Assembly: GCA_043807585.1 (NCBI GenBank)
Contig: JAZDFV010000013.1
Coordinates: 2,039-66,038, forward strand
DNA from: Candidatus Jorgensenbacteria bacterium
Lineage (GTDB): Bacteria > Patescibacteriota > Minisyncoccia > UBA6257 > GWB1-50-10
Reading direction: 5' to 3'
Length of the DNA: 64,000 bases
Shown here: positions 34,268-45,100 of the stretch, piece after piece
How positions within the stretch are numbered: position 1 is the first letter of the stretch
Layout: each line of letters begins with the position of its first letter
Made by a program: the position numbers and the translations under genes
The notes under the pieces: generated by a model
Database searches by the model: none
Told to the model about the DNA's origin: nothing
Seen by the model: only the letters and a program-made list of their open reading frames with translations

Positions 34268-34696
34268 TTACTTGGAGAATACAGGCACAGCGTAGACCCG
34301 AAGGGACGAATCGCCATCCCCGCAAAGTTTCGCGGGAAGGTGGGGAGCGGCGCCATCATCACGCGGGGCTTGGACCACTGTCTTTTCGTATTCGGCGCCA
34401 AGGAGTGGGAGGCGCTTGCGGCAAAACTCACCGCGCTCCCCTTGGCCCAGGCGAATTCTCGCGCCTTTGCCCGCCTCATGCTTGCCGGTGCTTCCGATGT
34501 GGAGCTCGACACGCAGGGGCGGATTTTAATTCCTGACTACCTCCGCACCTACGCCGGCATCACGAAGCAGGCGGTGGTGGCGGGCGTGATGAACCGCATG
34601 GAGATTTGGGACGAGAAGGCGTGGGATAGCTATAAGGCGAAGACGGAATCCTCGTCGGACGAGATCGCGGAACAGTTGGGGGCGTTGGGGATTTAA
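34265..34696 (+). CDS. mraZ: Transcriptional regulator MraZ
   Basis: 'MLLGEYRHSVDPKGRIAIPAKFR' with duplicated MraZ/SpoVT-AbrB motifs. Confidence 0.85.
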   Translation: MLLGEYRHSVDPKGRIAIPAKFRGKVGSGAIITRGLDHCLFVFGAKEWEALAAKLTALPLAQANSRAFARLMLAGASDVELDTQGRILIPDYLRTYAGITKQAVVAGVMNRMEIWDEKAWDSYKAKTESSSDEIAEQLGALGI

Positions 34697-34846
34697 TGAC
34701 TATGACAATAACCATGACAATGAAGATAACCACGACTAATGACTATGACCAACTATGACTAATGACTATGACTAATGACCATGACTTATAACAAAGCGCA
34801 CGGTTCATAAGCAGGAGCTGTCATCGTCATACGTCATCGTCATTAG
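34696..34846. repeat. (ATGACN)n hexanucleotide array with complementary (GTCATC)n arm, forming a long spacer hairpin
   Basis: atgactatgacaataaccatgacaatga... then ...tgtcatcgtcatacgtcatcgtcat. Confidence 0.75.
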
Positions 34847-34849
34847 TGT

Positions 34850-35788
34850 ATGTTGCATACGCCCGTTCTTTTAGAAGAGGTAATAAGGGTGATGGAGCCG
34901 AAACCGGGTGATTTCATAATTGACGGCACGCTGGGGGGCGGCGGCCATGCGAGAGAGCTCGCAAAGCGCATAGGGCCAAGCGGGATGCTCCTCGGGATTG
35001 ACTGGGATGCCGATGCGGTGCGGCGCGCGAAAGAAACGCTTAGTACTCTGACAATCAAGCGTTTGGCGATTGTGCAGGGAAACTACGCGGAACTTTCGGC
35101 AGTGCTCGCAAAGGAAAAACTCCCGAAGGCGGACAGCTTACTCCTTGATCTTGGGCTTTCCTCCGACCAGCTTGCGGACTCGGGACGCGGATTCAGCTTT
35201 GAAGGAGACGAGCCGTTGGATATGCGTTACGACCCGAAGAGCGGCAACCCGTCGGCGGCGGAGGTGGTAAACGGCACGCGCGAGGAAGAGCTGGCGGATA
35301 TTATTTTCCGCTACGGCGAGGAACGGAACGCGCGGCGCATCGCGAAGGCGATCGTCGCGGCGCGGAGGAAAGAAAAAATTCTCCGCACACCTGACCTTAT
35401 ACGTGTCATTGAATCTGTTGTGCCGCGACCCTCCTTCGCAAAGCTTCCTCCTTCGCCAAAGCTTCGGCGGACAGGTCGGACGGGCAAGGGCAAGTTCCAC
35501 CCGGCGACCAAGACTTTCATGGCGCTCCGTATCTTCGTGAACCGTGAGTTTGAGAATCTTGAAACGATCTTAGAAAAACTTCCGGCGGTCGTGCGGCGCG
35601 GCGGACGCGCGGCTATCATCACTTTCCATTCGTTGGAAGACCGCATCGTGAAAAAGTGCTTCCAGGAACTTGTCAAATCAGGGAAAGCAACGCTTTTAAA
35701 CAAAAAACCCATCATCCCCACCCGTGAAGAAATTTTTAAAAATCCGAGAAGCCGTTCAGCGAAATTAAGGGCTTGCACCATAATTTAG
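34850..35788 (+). CDS. rsmH: 16S rRNA (cytosine1402-N4)-methyltransferase RsmH
   Basis: 'MLHTPVLLEEV...GTLGGGGHA' SAM-binding motif; follows mraZ. Confidence 0.9.
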   Translation: MLHTPVLLEEVIRVMEPKPGDFIIDGTLGGGGHARELAKRIGPSGMLLGIDWDADAVRRAKETLSTLTIKRLAIVQGNYAELSAVLAKEKLPKADSLLLDLGLSSDQLADSGRGFSFEGDEPLDMRYDPKSGNPSAAEVVNGTREEELADIIFRYGEERNARRIAKAIVAARRKEKILRTPDLIRVIESVVPRPSFAKLPPSPKLRRTGRTGKGKFHPATKTFMALRIFVNREFENLETILEKLPAVVRRGGRAAIITFHSLEDRIVKKCFQELVKSGKATLLNKKPIIPTREEIFKNPRSRSAKLRACTII

Positions 35789-35925
35789 AGCCGTTGCGGC
35801 GAAGAAATTATGGCTTGCAAACCTTACCGAGCACATAAAAGTATGAAAACATCAACCAATCTTAAAGTAATTGCTTCTCGATTGAACGATTTGTACCAAG
35901 AAAGTCGCTTGGTTACTTTTATGTG

Positions 35926-35994
35926 CTGGGTGCGCGATTCTGTAGACGAATTTTCTTCGCCTGCTGACTCGAAAATTCGTACATAATCGGCATG
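35926..35994 (+). promoter_or_regulatory. Conserved ~68-nt leader / translation-start element (copy upstream of ftsL-like gene)
   Basis: ctgggtgcgcgattctgtagacgaattttcttcgcctgctgactcgaaaattcgtacataatcggcATG. Preceded by IR arms 35829-35843 / 35914-35929. Confidence 0.6.
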
Positions 35995-36303
35995 ACCATC
36001 ATCCAACCACACAAGAACAGGCCCCTCATGCGCTTTCTCCTCCTGCTTTTTCTGCTCCTCGCGGGGGGCGGGGTATTCTATGTTTTCGAGTACAACGCGG
36101 TTGCGGAAGCCCGCCAGGGGATAGCTGACGCGAAGGAGGCGCTCGTAAAGGCGCAGGCGTCGAGTGCCGACCTTAAAGATACGTTCTACCGCATGGTTGA
36201 CCCCAGCGTATTGAAGTCGGTGGCGACGGCGCGTGGATTTACGCTCGTACGCGATCCCCAGTATCTCCAGAGCGCGCCATGGCTTTCCGCTTCATCACGC
36301 TAA
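35992..36303 (+). CDS. ftsL: Cell division protein FtsL-like (small bitopic membrane protein)
   Basis: Short cytoplasmic tail, one TM segment, periplasmic coiled-coil. Position between rsmH and ftsI. Confidence 0.45.
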   Translation: MTIIQPHKNRPLMRFLLLLFLLLAGGGVFYVFEYNAVAEARQGIADAKEALVKAQASSADLKDTFYRMVDPSVLKSVATARGFTLVRDPQYLQSAPWLSASSR

Positions 36304-37883
36304 CGGCCGGTTTTTCGCTCCTCTTTGGGGCCCTTGGGTGGAATCTTTACCACATCCAGGTGCTGCAGAGTTCCCTCTACGTAGAACGCGCCCAAGCCCG
36401 CATGGAAGCCCAAGCGGCCCTGGAGCTTCGTCGGGGTGAGATCTTTTTCACCGACCGGAGCGGGACCGCCATTCCGGCGGCCCTGAACCGAGATTATCCG
36501 GTCATCTACGCCGTGCCGCGGGAAATAAAGGATCCCGAAGGGGCCGCCGAGCGCCTCGCACCCATCCTGCATCTCGAGCCGAAAGGTTTGGCCGCTTCGT
36601 TCGGGAATGCCAAGAGCCTATTCAAGCTCCTCGTGGACAAGGCCTCCTCAGAGATCGTTGACGCGGTTACCAAGGAGAACGTGACCGGCGTCTATGCGGG
36701 GGAGAAACAGCACCGGTTCTATCCCTTCGAGCGCCTCGGATCACAGCTCTTGGGATTTGTGGGAGTGAACGCCGATGCGGCGAATCCCACCGGCCTCTAC
36801 GGCATCGAGAAACTCCGCGATGAAGAGCTTGCGGCGGGAGGCGACGTGGACCTCACCATCGACCGGAATCTCCAGGCGGAGGCCGAGCAGAAGCTCGCCG
36901 AGCTTATCCCGCAGTATAAGGCGACTGGCGGCACCATCATCGTGGAGGAGCCGAAGACAGGGAAGATCCTCGCACTTGCCTCGAAACCCGACTTTGACCC
37001 CAACGCGTACGCGGACTCCCCGGTGAGTTCTTTCCTCGACCCCGCGGTGCAGCTCGTCTACGAGCCGGGGTCGGTGATGAAACCGTTCACTATGGCGGCG
37101 GCGATCGGCGCCGGGGTGCTCACACCCAGCTCTACATTCACCGATGTCGGCTACATCACCCTGAACGGGAAAACCATTCGCAATTTCAACAACAAGGCGT
37201 ACGGCACCATCACCATGACGAACGTCATTGAGAATTCGGTGAACATGGGGGCCGTCTATGCCGAATCCAAGGTTGGGAACCAGCGTTTCTACGAGTACCT
37301 CAAACGCTTCGGGTTTGGGGAGTCCACCGGCGCGGATCTCCCCGATGAGCTTGCCGGGAGCTTGAAAAACCTTGAGAGGAAGGAGGCCCGCCAGATCGAT
37401 TTTGCCACTGCTTCATTCGGGCAGGGGGTTGCCGTCACCCCGCTCCAGCTCATAAACGCGTTCTCGGCCCTTGCGAACGGAGGACTTCTCATGCGGCCGT
37501 ACGTGGACGCGCACGCTGCGCCGCACGTGGTGCGGCGGGTGGTGGAGGAAGAGACTGCGCGGGCGGTTGTGAGGATGATGGAATCGGCGGTGGTGTTCAA
37601 TAAGTTGGCGGCTATTCCGAGCTTCCGGGTAGCGGGAAAAACGGGCACGGCACTCATCCCCGATTTCAAGACCGGCGGCTACACCGAGGAGCTTATCCAC
37701 ACCTATGTGGGGTTTGCTCCCGTGTCTGACCCGCGCTTCGTGATACTCGCCAAGATGGACCGGCCCCAGGTGGGAGAGCTCGCGGGGCTCACCGTGGTGC
37801 CCGCGTTCCGCGACCTCGCGGAGTTCGCCTTGAACTATTACAACGTTCCGCCTGATAATTTAGTTGCGCCTTCGGCGCCGTAA
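36279..37883 (+). CDS. ftsI: Peptidoglycan D,D-transpeptidase FtsI-like penicillin-binding protein
   Basis: SxxK 'GSVMKP', SxN 'NSVN', 'KTGT'. dcw cluster context. Confidence 0.8.
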   Translation: MAFRFITLTAGFSLLFGALGWNLYHIQVLQSSLYVERAQARMEAQAALELRRGEIFFTDRSGTAIPAALNRDYPVIYAVPREIKDPEGAAERLAPILHLEPKGLAASFGNAKSLFKLLVDKASSEIVDAVTKENVTGVYAGEKQHRFYPFERLGSQLLGFVGVNADAANPTGLYGIEKLRDEELAAGGDVDLTIDRNLQAEAEQKLAELIPQYKATGGTIIVEEPKTGKILALASKPDFDPNAYADSPVSSFLDPAVQLVYEPGSVMKPFTMAAAIGAGVLTPSSTFTDVGYITLNGKTIRNFNNKAYGTITMTNVIENSVNMGAVYAESKVGNQRFYEYLKRFGFGESTGADLPDELAGSLKNLERKEARQIDFATASFGQGVAVTPLQLINAFSALANGGLLMRPYVDAHAAPHVVRRVVEEETARAVVRMMESAVVFNKLAAIPSFRVAGKTGTALIPDFKTGGYTEELIHTYVGFAPVSDPRFVILAKMDRPQVGELAGLTVVPAFRDLAEFALNYYNVPPDNLVAPSAP

Positions 37884-37885
37884 TC

Positions 37886-39235
37886 ATGCTAAAACGTTCA
37901 GTACTCAAACTACTTGGCCGCGTGCTCAAGATACTTGCGCGCCTCACGGTGCGCCGCTACCACCCGGGTATCGTTGGGGTGACGGGGAGCGCGGGGAAAA
38001 CGTCCACCAAGGACGCCATCGCGGTGGTTTTGGGGCGGAGCCGGCGGGTGCGCGCCGCCTCAAAGAGTTTCAACAATGAGATCGGGTTTCCGCTCACCAT
38101 CCTCGGCGAGTGGGGAGAGGGGGGTGGGATTCTCTTTTGGCTCAAGGTGCTCGCCGGTGCTCTCGCGAACCTCGTTGGGCGCGCGAAGAGCTACCCGGAG
38201 GTGCTCATCCTGGAGTACGGCGTGGATCGCCCCGGCGACATGCGGTACCTCCTTGAAACTGCGCGCCCCCACATCGGGGTTTTCACCGCTATGGGGTCCA
38301 TTCCGGTGCACGTGGAGTTCTTCGCGGGTCCGGAGGCGGTGGTGGGTGAGAAAGCGAAGCTTGTCCGCGAGCTCCCCGCGACCGGCTTCGCGGTCCTGAA
38401 CGCCGACGATGAGATGGTGCTGGGTACCAAGGCGCTCACTCGCGCGCAGGTGATGACCTTCGGGTTCGGCGCGGGGGCCCACGTGCGCATTGTGGATTTC
38501 GCGAACCGCATCGAGGGAGCAACCGCCGCGGTTACCTTCAAGCTCTCCTATGGGGGGAGTACGGTGCCGGTGCGGCTTGAGGGTGCCGTTGGGCGCGCCC
38601 ACGCCTACGCCGCTGCCGCGGCCGCCGCGGTAGGACTCGTCTTTGGAGAAAACCTCACGACCATCGCCGAGACGCTCCGCGCCTTTAAAGCGCCTCCCGG
38701 GCGTCTCCGCGTGATTCCGGGGCTCCGGGGTTCGCTCATCATTGACGGTACCTACAATGCCTCGCCGCTCGCCATGCGGGAGGCTCTGGAGACCCTCCGG
38801 GCGGTGAAGGCTAAACGCAAGTTCGCGCTCCTTGGGGATATGCTTGAGATCGGGAAGTACACGCTCGAGGCCCATGAGGAGGTGGGGCGCTTCGCGGCGA
38901 AATGCGCGGACGTGCTCGTGACCGTGGGGCTCCGCGCCAAGTTCATCGCCGAGGCGGCGGCGAAGGCGGGCCTGCCCGTCCGTAGCCAGGCGAAGGTGGG
39001 ATTCCCGCCGCGCGCCATCCGCACTTTTCTGACCCTCGGGGAGGCCGCGGAATTTTTGCGGGGCACGTTGGCGAGCGGTGATATGGTGCTACTCAAGGCT
39101 TCCCAGTCGGTTCGCCTGGAGCGGGTAGTGAAGGAAATAATGGCGGAGCCGGGAAAGGCAGGGGAGTTTCTCGTGCGACAGGAAGAGGAATGGTTGCGGA
39201 AGAAAGGGTTGTACGACGAGGGGGAGCTGGGGTAA
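37886..39235 (+). CDS. murF: UDP-N-acetylmuramoyl-tripeptide--D-alanyl-D-alanine ligase
   Basis: Mur ligase P-loop 'GVTGSAGKTSTKD'; follows ftsI. Confidence 0.8.
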   Translation: MLKRSVLKLLGRVLKILARLTVRRYHPGIVGVTGSAGKTSTKDAIAVVLGRSRRVRAASKSFNNEIGFPLTILGEWGEGGGILFWLKVLAGALANLVGRAKSYPEVLILEYGVDRPGDMRYLLETARPHIGVFTAMGSIPVHVEFFAGPEAVVGEKAKLVRELPATGFAVLNADDEMVLGTKALTRAQVMTFGFGAGAHVRIVDFANRIEGATAAVTFKLSYGGSTVPVRLEGAVGRAHAYAAAAAAAVGLVFGENLTTIAETLRAFKAPPGRLRVIPGLRGSLIIDGTYNASPLAMREALETLRAVKAKRKFALLGDMLEIGKYTLEAHEEVGRFAAKCADVLVTVGLRAKFIAEAAAKAGLPVRSQAKVGFPPRAIRTFLTLGEAAEFLRGTLASGDMVLLKASQSVRLERVVKEIMAEPGKAGEFLVRQEEEWLRKKGLYDEGELG

Positions 39236-39297
39236 AGTGTGATGTGGAGGAAGGCCTGCCCGTCCGAAGTCCTTCGACATAGCTCAGGACGAAGGAG

Positions 39298-39369
39298 GGC
39301 CCCATCGTCTAATGGCCAGGACACGTGGTTCTCATCCACGAAATAGGAGTCCGATTCTCCTTGGGGCTA
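39298..39369 (+). tRNA. tRNA-Glu (anticodon CTC)
   Basis: Acceptor ggcccca/tggggct, anticodon stem-loop cgtgg-ttCTCat-ccacg, T-arm aggag-tccgatt-ctcct. Followed by an A-run / T-run hairpin. Confidence 0.75.
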
Positions 39370-39542
39370 CAAAAAATCAAAGAAGCGGGCTTGTCCTGCT
39401 TTTTTGATTTTTGCCCCAAAACGAAGCGCCTGCGCGCTTTGTGTGGAGAATCGGACGTCGGAGCGATGTGCCGCGAGTACGCGGCACCGCGAGGCGGTGC
39501 CCAGGCCGAGGAGCGCGACGGCGCGACGAGAGGCGAGGGCGA

Positions 39543-39562
39543 TCTCTCCTTGGGGCTGCAAC
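39543..39562 (+). repeat. Partial direct duplicate of the tRNA-Glu 3' end (ctctccttggggct)
   Basis: Matches tRNA positions ~57-71. Lies ~190 nt downstream of the tRNA and immediately before a solo palindrome. Confidence 0.55.
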
Positions 39563-39592
39563 GTACAATTGGCAGAGACCCGCCATGAGGTT

Positions 39593-39625
39593 GTTAACAA
39601 ATTACACGGCCGTGTAATTTGTTAA
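39593..39625. repeat. Solo copy of the palindrome gttaacaaattacacGGCCgtgtaatttgttaa
   Basis: Identical to the left palindrome of the PaaX-like gene 2 locus (30375-30408), but no PaaX-like gene is adjacent. Confidence 0.7.
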
Positions 39626-39751
39626 TACGCCAAAAACAGATACGGAATAAAGGGCGGAGCTTTCTAATTGACAGGGTGCCCCCTCGAGTGGTACCTTCCA
39701 TTCAGTTTCTTAACTCACGGATATACCACTAGATCATCGGAGGAATGACCT

Positions 39752-40477
39752 ATGAACACCACGAACCGGATTTTTGTGGCGCTGGATGGCCTCGGGAAAA
39801 CGGCTGCCTGCGAACTTGTCAGAGAGATTAGTAACTCCGTCCATGAAACGACCGAGAGGAGCGTTGGTGCTTTCAAGATCCACGATCTTTGGGACCAGGA
39901 GGGCCCGGATATCGTCCGTCTTTTGAGGGATGCCGGCGCTAATTATGTTTTCATTGACCTCAAGCTCCATGATGTTCCGAACACGGTCGGGCTCCGCGCA
40001 AAAGCGGTTGCCGCCTCGGGAGCTAATATTGTGACCGTTCACGCCAGTGGAGGTATTGAGATGATGCAGGCCGCAGTAGCGAACAATATCAGGGTTGTCG
40101 GAATCACGATACTCACCTCTTTGACCGAGGAAGACACGCACTTGCTTTGTGGTCAGCCCACAAAAGCTGCGGTTCTTGAACGAGCCAGGTGGGCCAAGCT
40201 CGCTGGCGTGTACGGTGTTGTCTGCTCTGCGCATGAGGTCAGCGTGCTTGCCAAACGCCCGGAATTGAAAGGGCTCAAGCTCATCGTTCCCGGCATTCGC
40301 CTCAAGGGTAAGAGTGCCGTTGATGACAACCAGAAACGGGTTGATTCGCCTCTTGCGGCGTTCGAGGCCGGCGCCGACCACATCGTCGTGGGAAGCGAGA
40401 TCACGGGATCCCCGGATCCGATCGCGACCCTTGAACAGATCATAGAACAGATTGCCCCACTCGAAACCAAAGAGTAG
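39752..40477 (+). CDS. pyrF: Orotidine 5'-phosphate decarboxylase
   Basis: 'FVALD' and 'DLKLHDVPNTV' active-site motifs. Confidence 0.8.
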   Translation: MNTTNRIFVALDGLGKTAACELVREISNSVHETTERSVGAFKIHDLWDQEGPDIVRLLRDAGANYVFIDLKLHDVPNTVGLRAKAVAASGANIVTVHASGGIEMMQAAVANNIRVVGITILTSLTEEDTHLLCGQPTKAAVLERARWAKLAGVYGVVCSAHEVSVLAKRPELKGLKLIVPGIRLKGKSAVDDNQKRVDSPLAAFEAGADHIVVGSEITGSPDPIATLEQIIEQIAPLETKE

Positions 40478-40496
40478 GGGAGGAAGGAAGATAGCT

Positions 40497-41234
40497 ATGA
40501 AAAACGTTCTGTCGATCGGAAGTGTCGAGGAACTACGGAGTCTCTCGCTTGTCGAAGACGTGGGGCATATGCTTTTCGGAGAAGCCGAAGTAGGCCACGT
40601 CCTGAAGCTCTGCGACGCGCTGTGGCTCCACTCCGGAAATCCCACGGACCCGCATGCGGAACTCACGTCGGGCAAGTGCAGCAACGGTTTTGTGGATGTT
40701 CTGCGCGCCCTCCGCTATACCAACCTCTGCGAGATTTTTGCCGACCAGTTGCTGGTGCGGGTGAAGGCGAAAATGACCAGGGTGGATTTCGGCGGCCCGA
40801 TAGATTGGGTCATCGGTTCCGATCATGCCGGTGCAGCTCTTTCGCACAGCGTGGCAACGCTCTTGAAGGCACAGCATGATTTCACTGAAAAAGGGCCTGA
40901 CAAGACCCAGCTCTGGAAGCGCTTTACCATTGAGCCGGGAGAGACGGTGTTGCAGGTGGAGGAACTCATGACGACGTCGGGAACACTCCTGGCGGTGCGT
41001 AAGGGAATCCGCGAGGGAAATGCCAAACGGCCAGTTTCCTTTACTCCCTTTGTGGCAACACTTGTGCACCGGTCCGATGTCTATGATATCGAGGGAACTC
41101 CGGTTGCATACCTCGTGCACTACGACATTGATACGTGGGAGCCCGCGGAGTGTCCGCTCTGCGCCGCCGGTTCGGAACGGTTGCGCCCGAAGGAAGGAAA
41201 GAATTGGGCTAAGCTCACGGGCAAAACTGCCTAG
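40497..41234 (+). CDS. pyrE: Type I phosphoribosyltransferase, putative orotate PRTase
   Basis: PRPP-binding motif 'VLQVEELMTTSGT'. Adjacent to pyrF. Start chosen at the ATG with an upstream GGAGG. Confidence 0.5.
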   Translation: MKNVLSIGSVEELRSLSLVEDVGHMLFGEAEVGHVLKLCDALWLHSGNPTDPHAELTSGKCSNGFVDVLRALRYTNLCEIFADQLLVRVKAKMTRVDFGGPIDWVIGSDHAGAALSHSVATLLKAQHDFTEKGPDKTQLWKRFTIEPGETVLQVEELMTTSGTLLAVRKGIREGNAKRPVSFTPFVATLVHRSDVYDIEGTPVAYLVHYDIDTWEPAECPLCAAGSERLRPKEGKNWAKLTGKTA

Positions 41235-41376
41235 TTCATGTATCTTGAAAGAAGTAAGGGGCGCGCAGAATGAAACTCTGCGCGCCCCGTTTCGTTTATA
41301 AGAGTGAGCGTGTGGCGCTCGCGCTTTCATTCCCGGAGCGCAGTTCTATAATGAATCAACGTTTGCCTTTACCGCC

Positions 41377-42027
41377 ATGGAAGAACTCATCCTAAAAATC
41401 GCTCCGTTTGTGAAAGAGTACGGCGTTGTCGGGGTGTTTTTACTTTCCTTCATTGAGGAGATCATCGCTCCCGTACCTTCTTCGGTGGTGCTCATGGCGG
41501 CCGGGTTCTTTCTCCTGCCGGCGCTCGGGGCGATGAAAGAGGTGTTTCTGGATGGGTTTCTTCGCATCGTGCTCCCCGCGAGCTTGGGACTCACCTTAGG
41601 TGCGCTCCTTATCTATTCCCTCGCGTACCTATGGGGAGAACCGCTCATCAAATCGTGGGGGAAATGGTTTGGGGTGTCGTGGGGAGCGGTGGAAAAGTGG
41701 CGGACGCGCTTCATCAAGGGGTACGGCGATGAGCTCCTCGTTTTCGGCCTTCGGGCCTTTCCCATCGTGCCGAATATACTTATCTCCGCGGTCTGCGGAG
41801 TGGTGCGCTACCCCACCAAGTCCTTCATCGCGCTCACATTCCTGGGGAGCTTAGTGCGGGCGTTTCTCATGAGCATGGTAGGGTGGTCGGTGGGGGAGGC
41901 ATACCTCGCCTACGCCGCGCGCATCTCGGAGGTCAGCGGCTACCTCGTGGGCGGCATCGGGCTGTTCGTAGTGCTCGCTGTCGCGGCAGTGCTCATCCGG
42001 CGGTGGGGGAAGAGGGTGATTTTGTGA
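41377..42027 (+). CDS. DedA/SNARE-associated (VTT domain) membrane protein
   Basis: 'GVVGVFLLSFIEEIIAPVPSSVVLMAAGF' DedA signature. Confidence 0.7.
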   Translation: MEELILKIAPFVKEYGVVGVFLLSFIEEIIAPVPSSVVLMAAGFFLLPALGAMKEVFLDGFLRIVLPASLGLTLGALLIYSLAYLWGEPLIKSWGKWFGVSWGAVEKWRTRFIKGYGDELLVFGLRAFPIVPNILISAVCGVVRYPTKSFIALTFLGSLVRAFLMSMVGWSVGEAYLAYAARISEVSGYLVGGIGLFVVLAVAAVLIRRWGKRVIL

Positions 42028-42128
42028 GGTTTTTCGGGGGTCCCCGAAGTGCCAAAAACCCGCTTCCGACCTTGCAAATCGGGGCTTTTTCGTGATAGAA
42101 TAGAGAGGTCCCGAGGGAGGGACTTTTT

Positions 42129-45100
42129 ATGCCCGAAGACAAGAAAACCCCGTCATACAGCGCCAAGGACATCTATGTTTTGGAGGGGCTCCAGCCGGTG
42201 CGGAAGCGCCCCGGGATGTACATTGGTTCCACTGGCGTGGACGGTTTGCATCACCTCATCTGGGAGGTTGTGGACAATTCCATCGACGAGGCGATGGCCG
42301 GTTATGCCAAGAACATCGCGGTGGAGATCAAAAAGGGGAGCCGCATCGCCGTCACCGACGACGGCCGCGGAATCCCGGTGGACTTGCATGCCCAGACCAA
42401 GAAATCGGCCCTGGAGACCGTGATGACCACGCTCCACGCGGGGGGCAAGTTCGGCGGCGAATCCTATAAGGTCTCCGGCGGCCTGCACGGCGTGGGGGTC
42501 TCGGTGGTGTGCGCCCTCTCGCAGTGGATGCGGGCGGAGGTTTGCCGCGACGGAATGCGCTATGTACAGGAGTATGAGCGGGGCCGGCCGAAGTTCTCGG
42601 TGAGGAAGGAGGGGAAGTGCGGGCGGAACGGAACCAAGGTGATATTCGACCCGGACCCCGAGATATTTCAGAAAATAGAATTTGACCTCAAGAAGGTGCT
42701 GGACCACCTCCGCCAGCAGGCGTACCTCACCAAAGGGGTGCGTATCGAGCTCCTCGATGAGCGTGGCCTGTCTGCGCAGGCAGGAGAGGCGCCGCTCCGC
42801 TACGGGTTCTGCTTTGGGGGCGGGCTCCAGTCCTACATCCGCTACCTCGTGGGCGACACCAAGACCATCCAGGATCACCCGTTCTACACGCACCGCGAGG
42901 TGGAGGGGGTTGATGTGGAAGCCACCTTCGTCTATGCGGACGATATGGAGAACGAGGAGATAAGCTTTGCGAATAACATCTATACCCCCGACGGCGGCAT
43001 GCACCTCACTGGTTTCAGGTCAGCTCTTACCCGCACCCTGAACGACTACGCGCGGCGGGAGGGCTACCTCAAGGAATCGGAGGAGAACCTCACCGGGGAC
43101 GACGTGCGCGAAGGGCTCATCGCCGCCGTGTCCATCAAGATCCGCGAGCCTCAGTTCGAGGGGCAGACGAAAGCGCGGCTGGGGAACACGGAGGCGCGCA
43201 CCGCCGTGGAGGCGGCCGTGGCGGAGGGCTTGAAAGAATTCCTAGAACGCTACGGAGCGGACGCGCGGGTCATCCTGGAGAGGAATCTCCTCGCGGCGAA
43301 GGCGCGCAAGGCCGCGAAGGCCGCGAAGGACACCGTGCTTCGGAAAGGGGCCCTGGAGGGCCTCACCTTGCCGGGCAAATTGGCCGATTGCAGCTCGCGC
43401 AAGGCGGAGGAATCGGAACTCTTCATAGTTGAGGGCGATTCCGCAGGCGGCTGCTTTTTTGGAAAAACTGAGGTCGCATTAATGGATGGCAGAAATTTAT
43501 CTTTTGAAAAAATAGTTGAAGAACATAGTCAAGGCAAAAAAAATTATTGCTATACAATTAAAAATGATGGTAGCGTTGGTGTCGAGTTAATAAAAAATCC
43601 AAGGAAAACAAAACAAAATGCAGAAGTTATTAAAGTTATTTTAGACAATGATGAAGAAATAATCTGTACTCCGGACCATAAATTCGTATTGAGAGACGGA
43701 GGATATAAAATGGCGAAAGATTTAAAACCGGAAGATTCTTTGATGCCATTACATAAAAAACTTTCAAAAATAGAAGAGCGAATAACAATTGAAGGATACG
43801 AAATGGTTTTGAATCCGCGAAATTTAAAATGGATTTTTACTCATTTGTTATCTGATAAATATAATCTTGAAAACGGCATCTATTCAGAAATCGGCGGTTG
43901 TAATAAACATCACGTTGATTTTAATAAATTAAATAACAATCCGGATAATATAATAAGGATGACCAGAGAAGAACATTTTGAGTATCATAGAAAAATGATA
44001 GAATTTGGGTTGCACAGAGAAGATATAAAGGAAAAATCTAAAAAAGCTCACAGGACAAAAGAATATAGGGAAAAAGTGAGTCAAATTATGGGTACTCCCG
44101 AAATGAGAGTGATGCTGAGCGAAAGAGCTAAAAAGCAGTGGCAGAGCGCAGAATACAAGAATTTTATGGTCGGGAAATTCCTCGAATTCTACAGGAATAA
44201 TTCAGAGTACCGAGAGAAAAATAATAAGCTTTTAGATAAGGTCCAGAAAGAATATTGGGCAAGCGGGGAAAATAAAAAGAAGCAGGCTGAAAGGGTTAAA
44301 AAATATTTTGAATTGCATCCGGAAAAACGAAAGGAACTTTCAACGCTCGCACGAACGCAGTGGCAAAATGAAAATTTGCGCCAGTGGCGCTCGGAACGAA
44401 CCAAAAAACAGTGGTCGCCCGAATTTCGGAAAAATCGGAAAATCGCATATAACGAAACATATCTCGCGAAAGCAATGCGGGTATTACGCAATTTTTATGA
44501 ATACACCGGCGAAGTTTCCGTTGAAAAATACAACGCTTTCCGCCGGCAAACGAACGACAAATCACTACTGCGATTTGATACGATTGTCAGCAGGTTTTTC
44601 GGCGGCGAAAGGGAGCGTCTCGTTGATGCCGTAATTCACTACAACCATAAAATAGTCCGTATTGAAGCGGTATTGGAAAAGATGGATGTGTACGACCTTG
44701 AAGTGCCCGGTACCCATAACTTCGCTTTGGCCTCGGGTGTTTTCGTTCATAACAGCGCGAAGCAGGGCCGCGACCGCCGGTTCCAGGCCATTCTGCCTCT
44801 GAAAGGGAAGATCCTGAACGTAGAAAAGGCGCGCATCGACAAGATGCTCGCGAACAAGGAGATACGTTCCCTCGTGATAGCGCTGGGAACGGCCATCGCC
44901 GAAAATTTCGATCTCTCAAAGCTCCGCTACGGGAAGGTCATCCTTATGACCGATGCCGACGTGGACGGCGCCCACATCCGGACGCTCCTCCTTACCCTCT
45001 TCTACCGCTACTTCCCGCAGATCATTGAACACGGGCACCTCTACATCGCCCAGCCGCCGCTCTTTCGCCTCCAGCGGGGGAAGGAGGTGCGCTACGCGTG

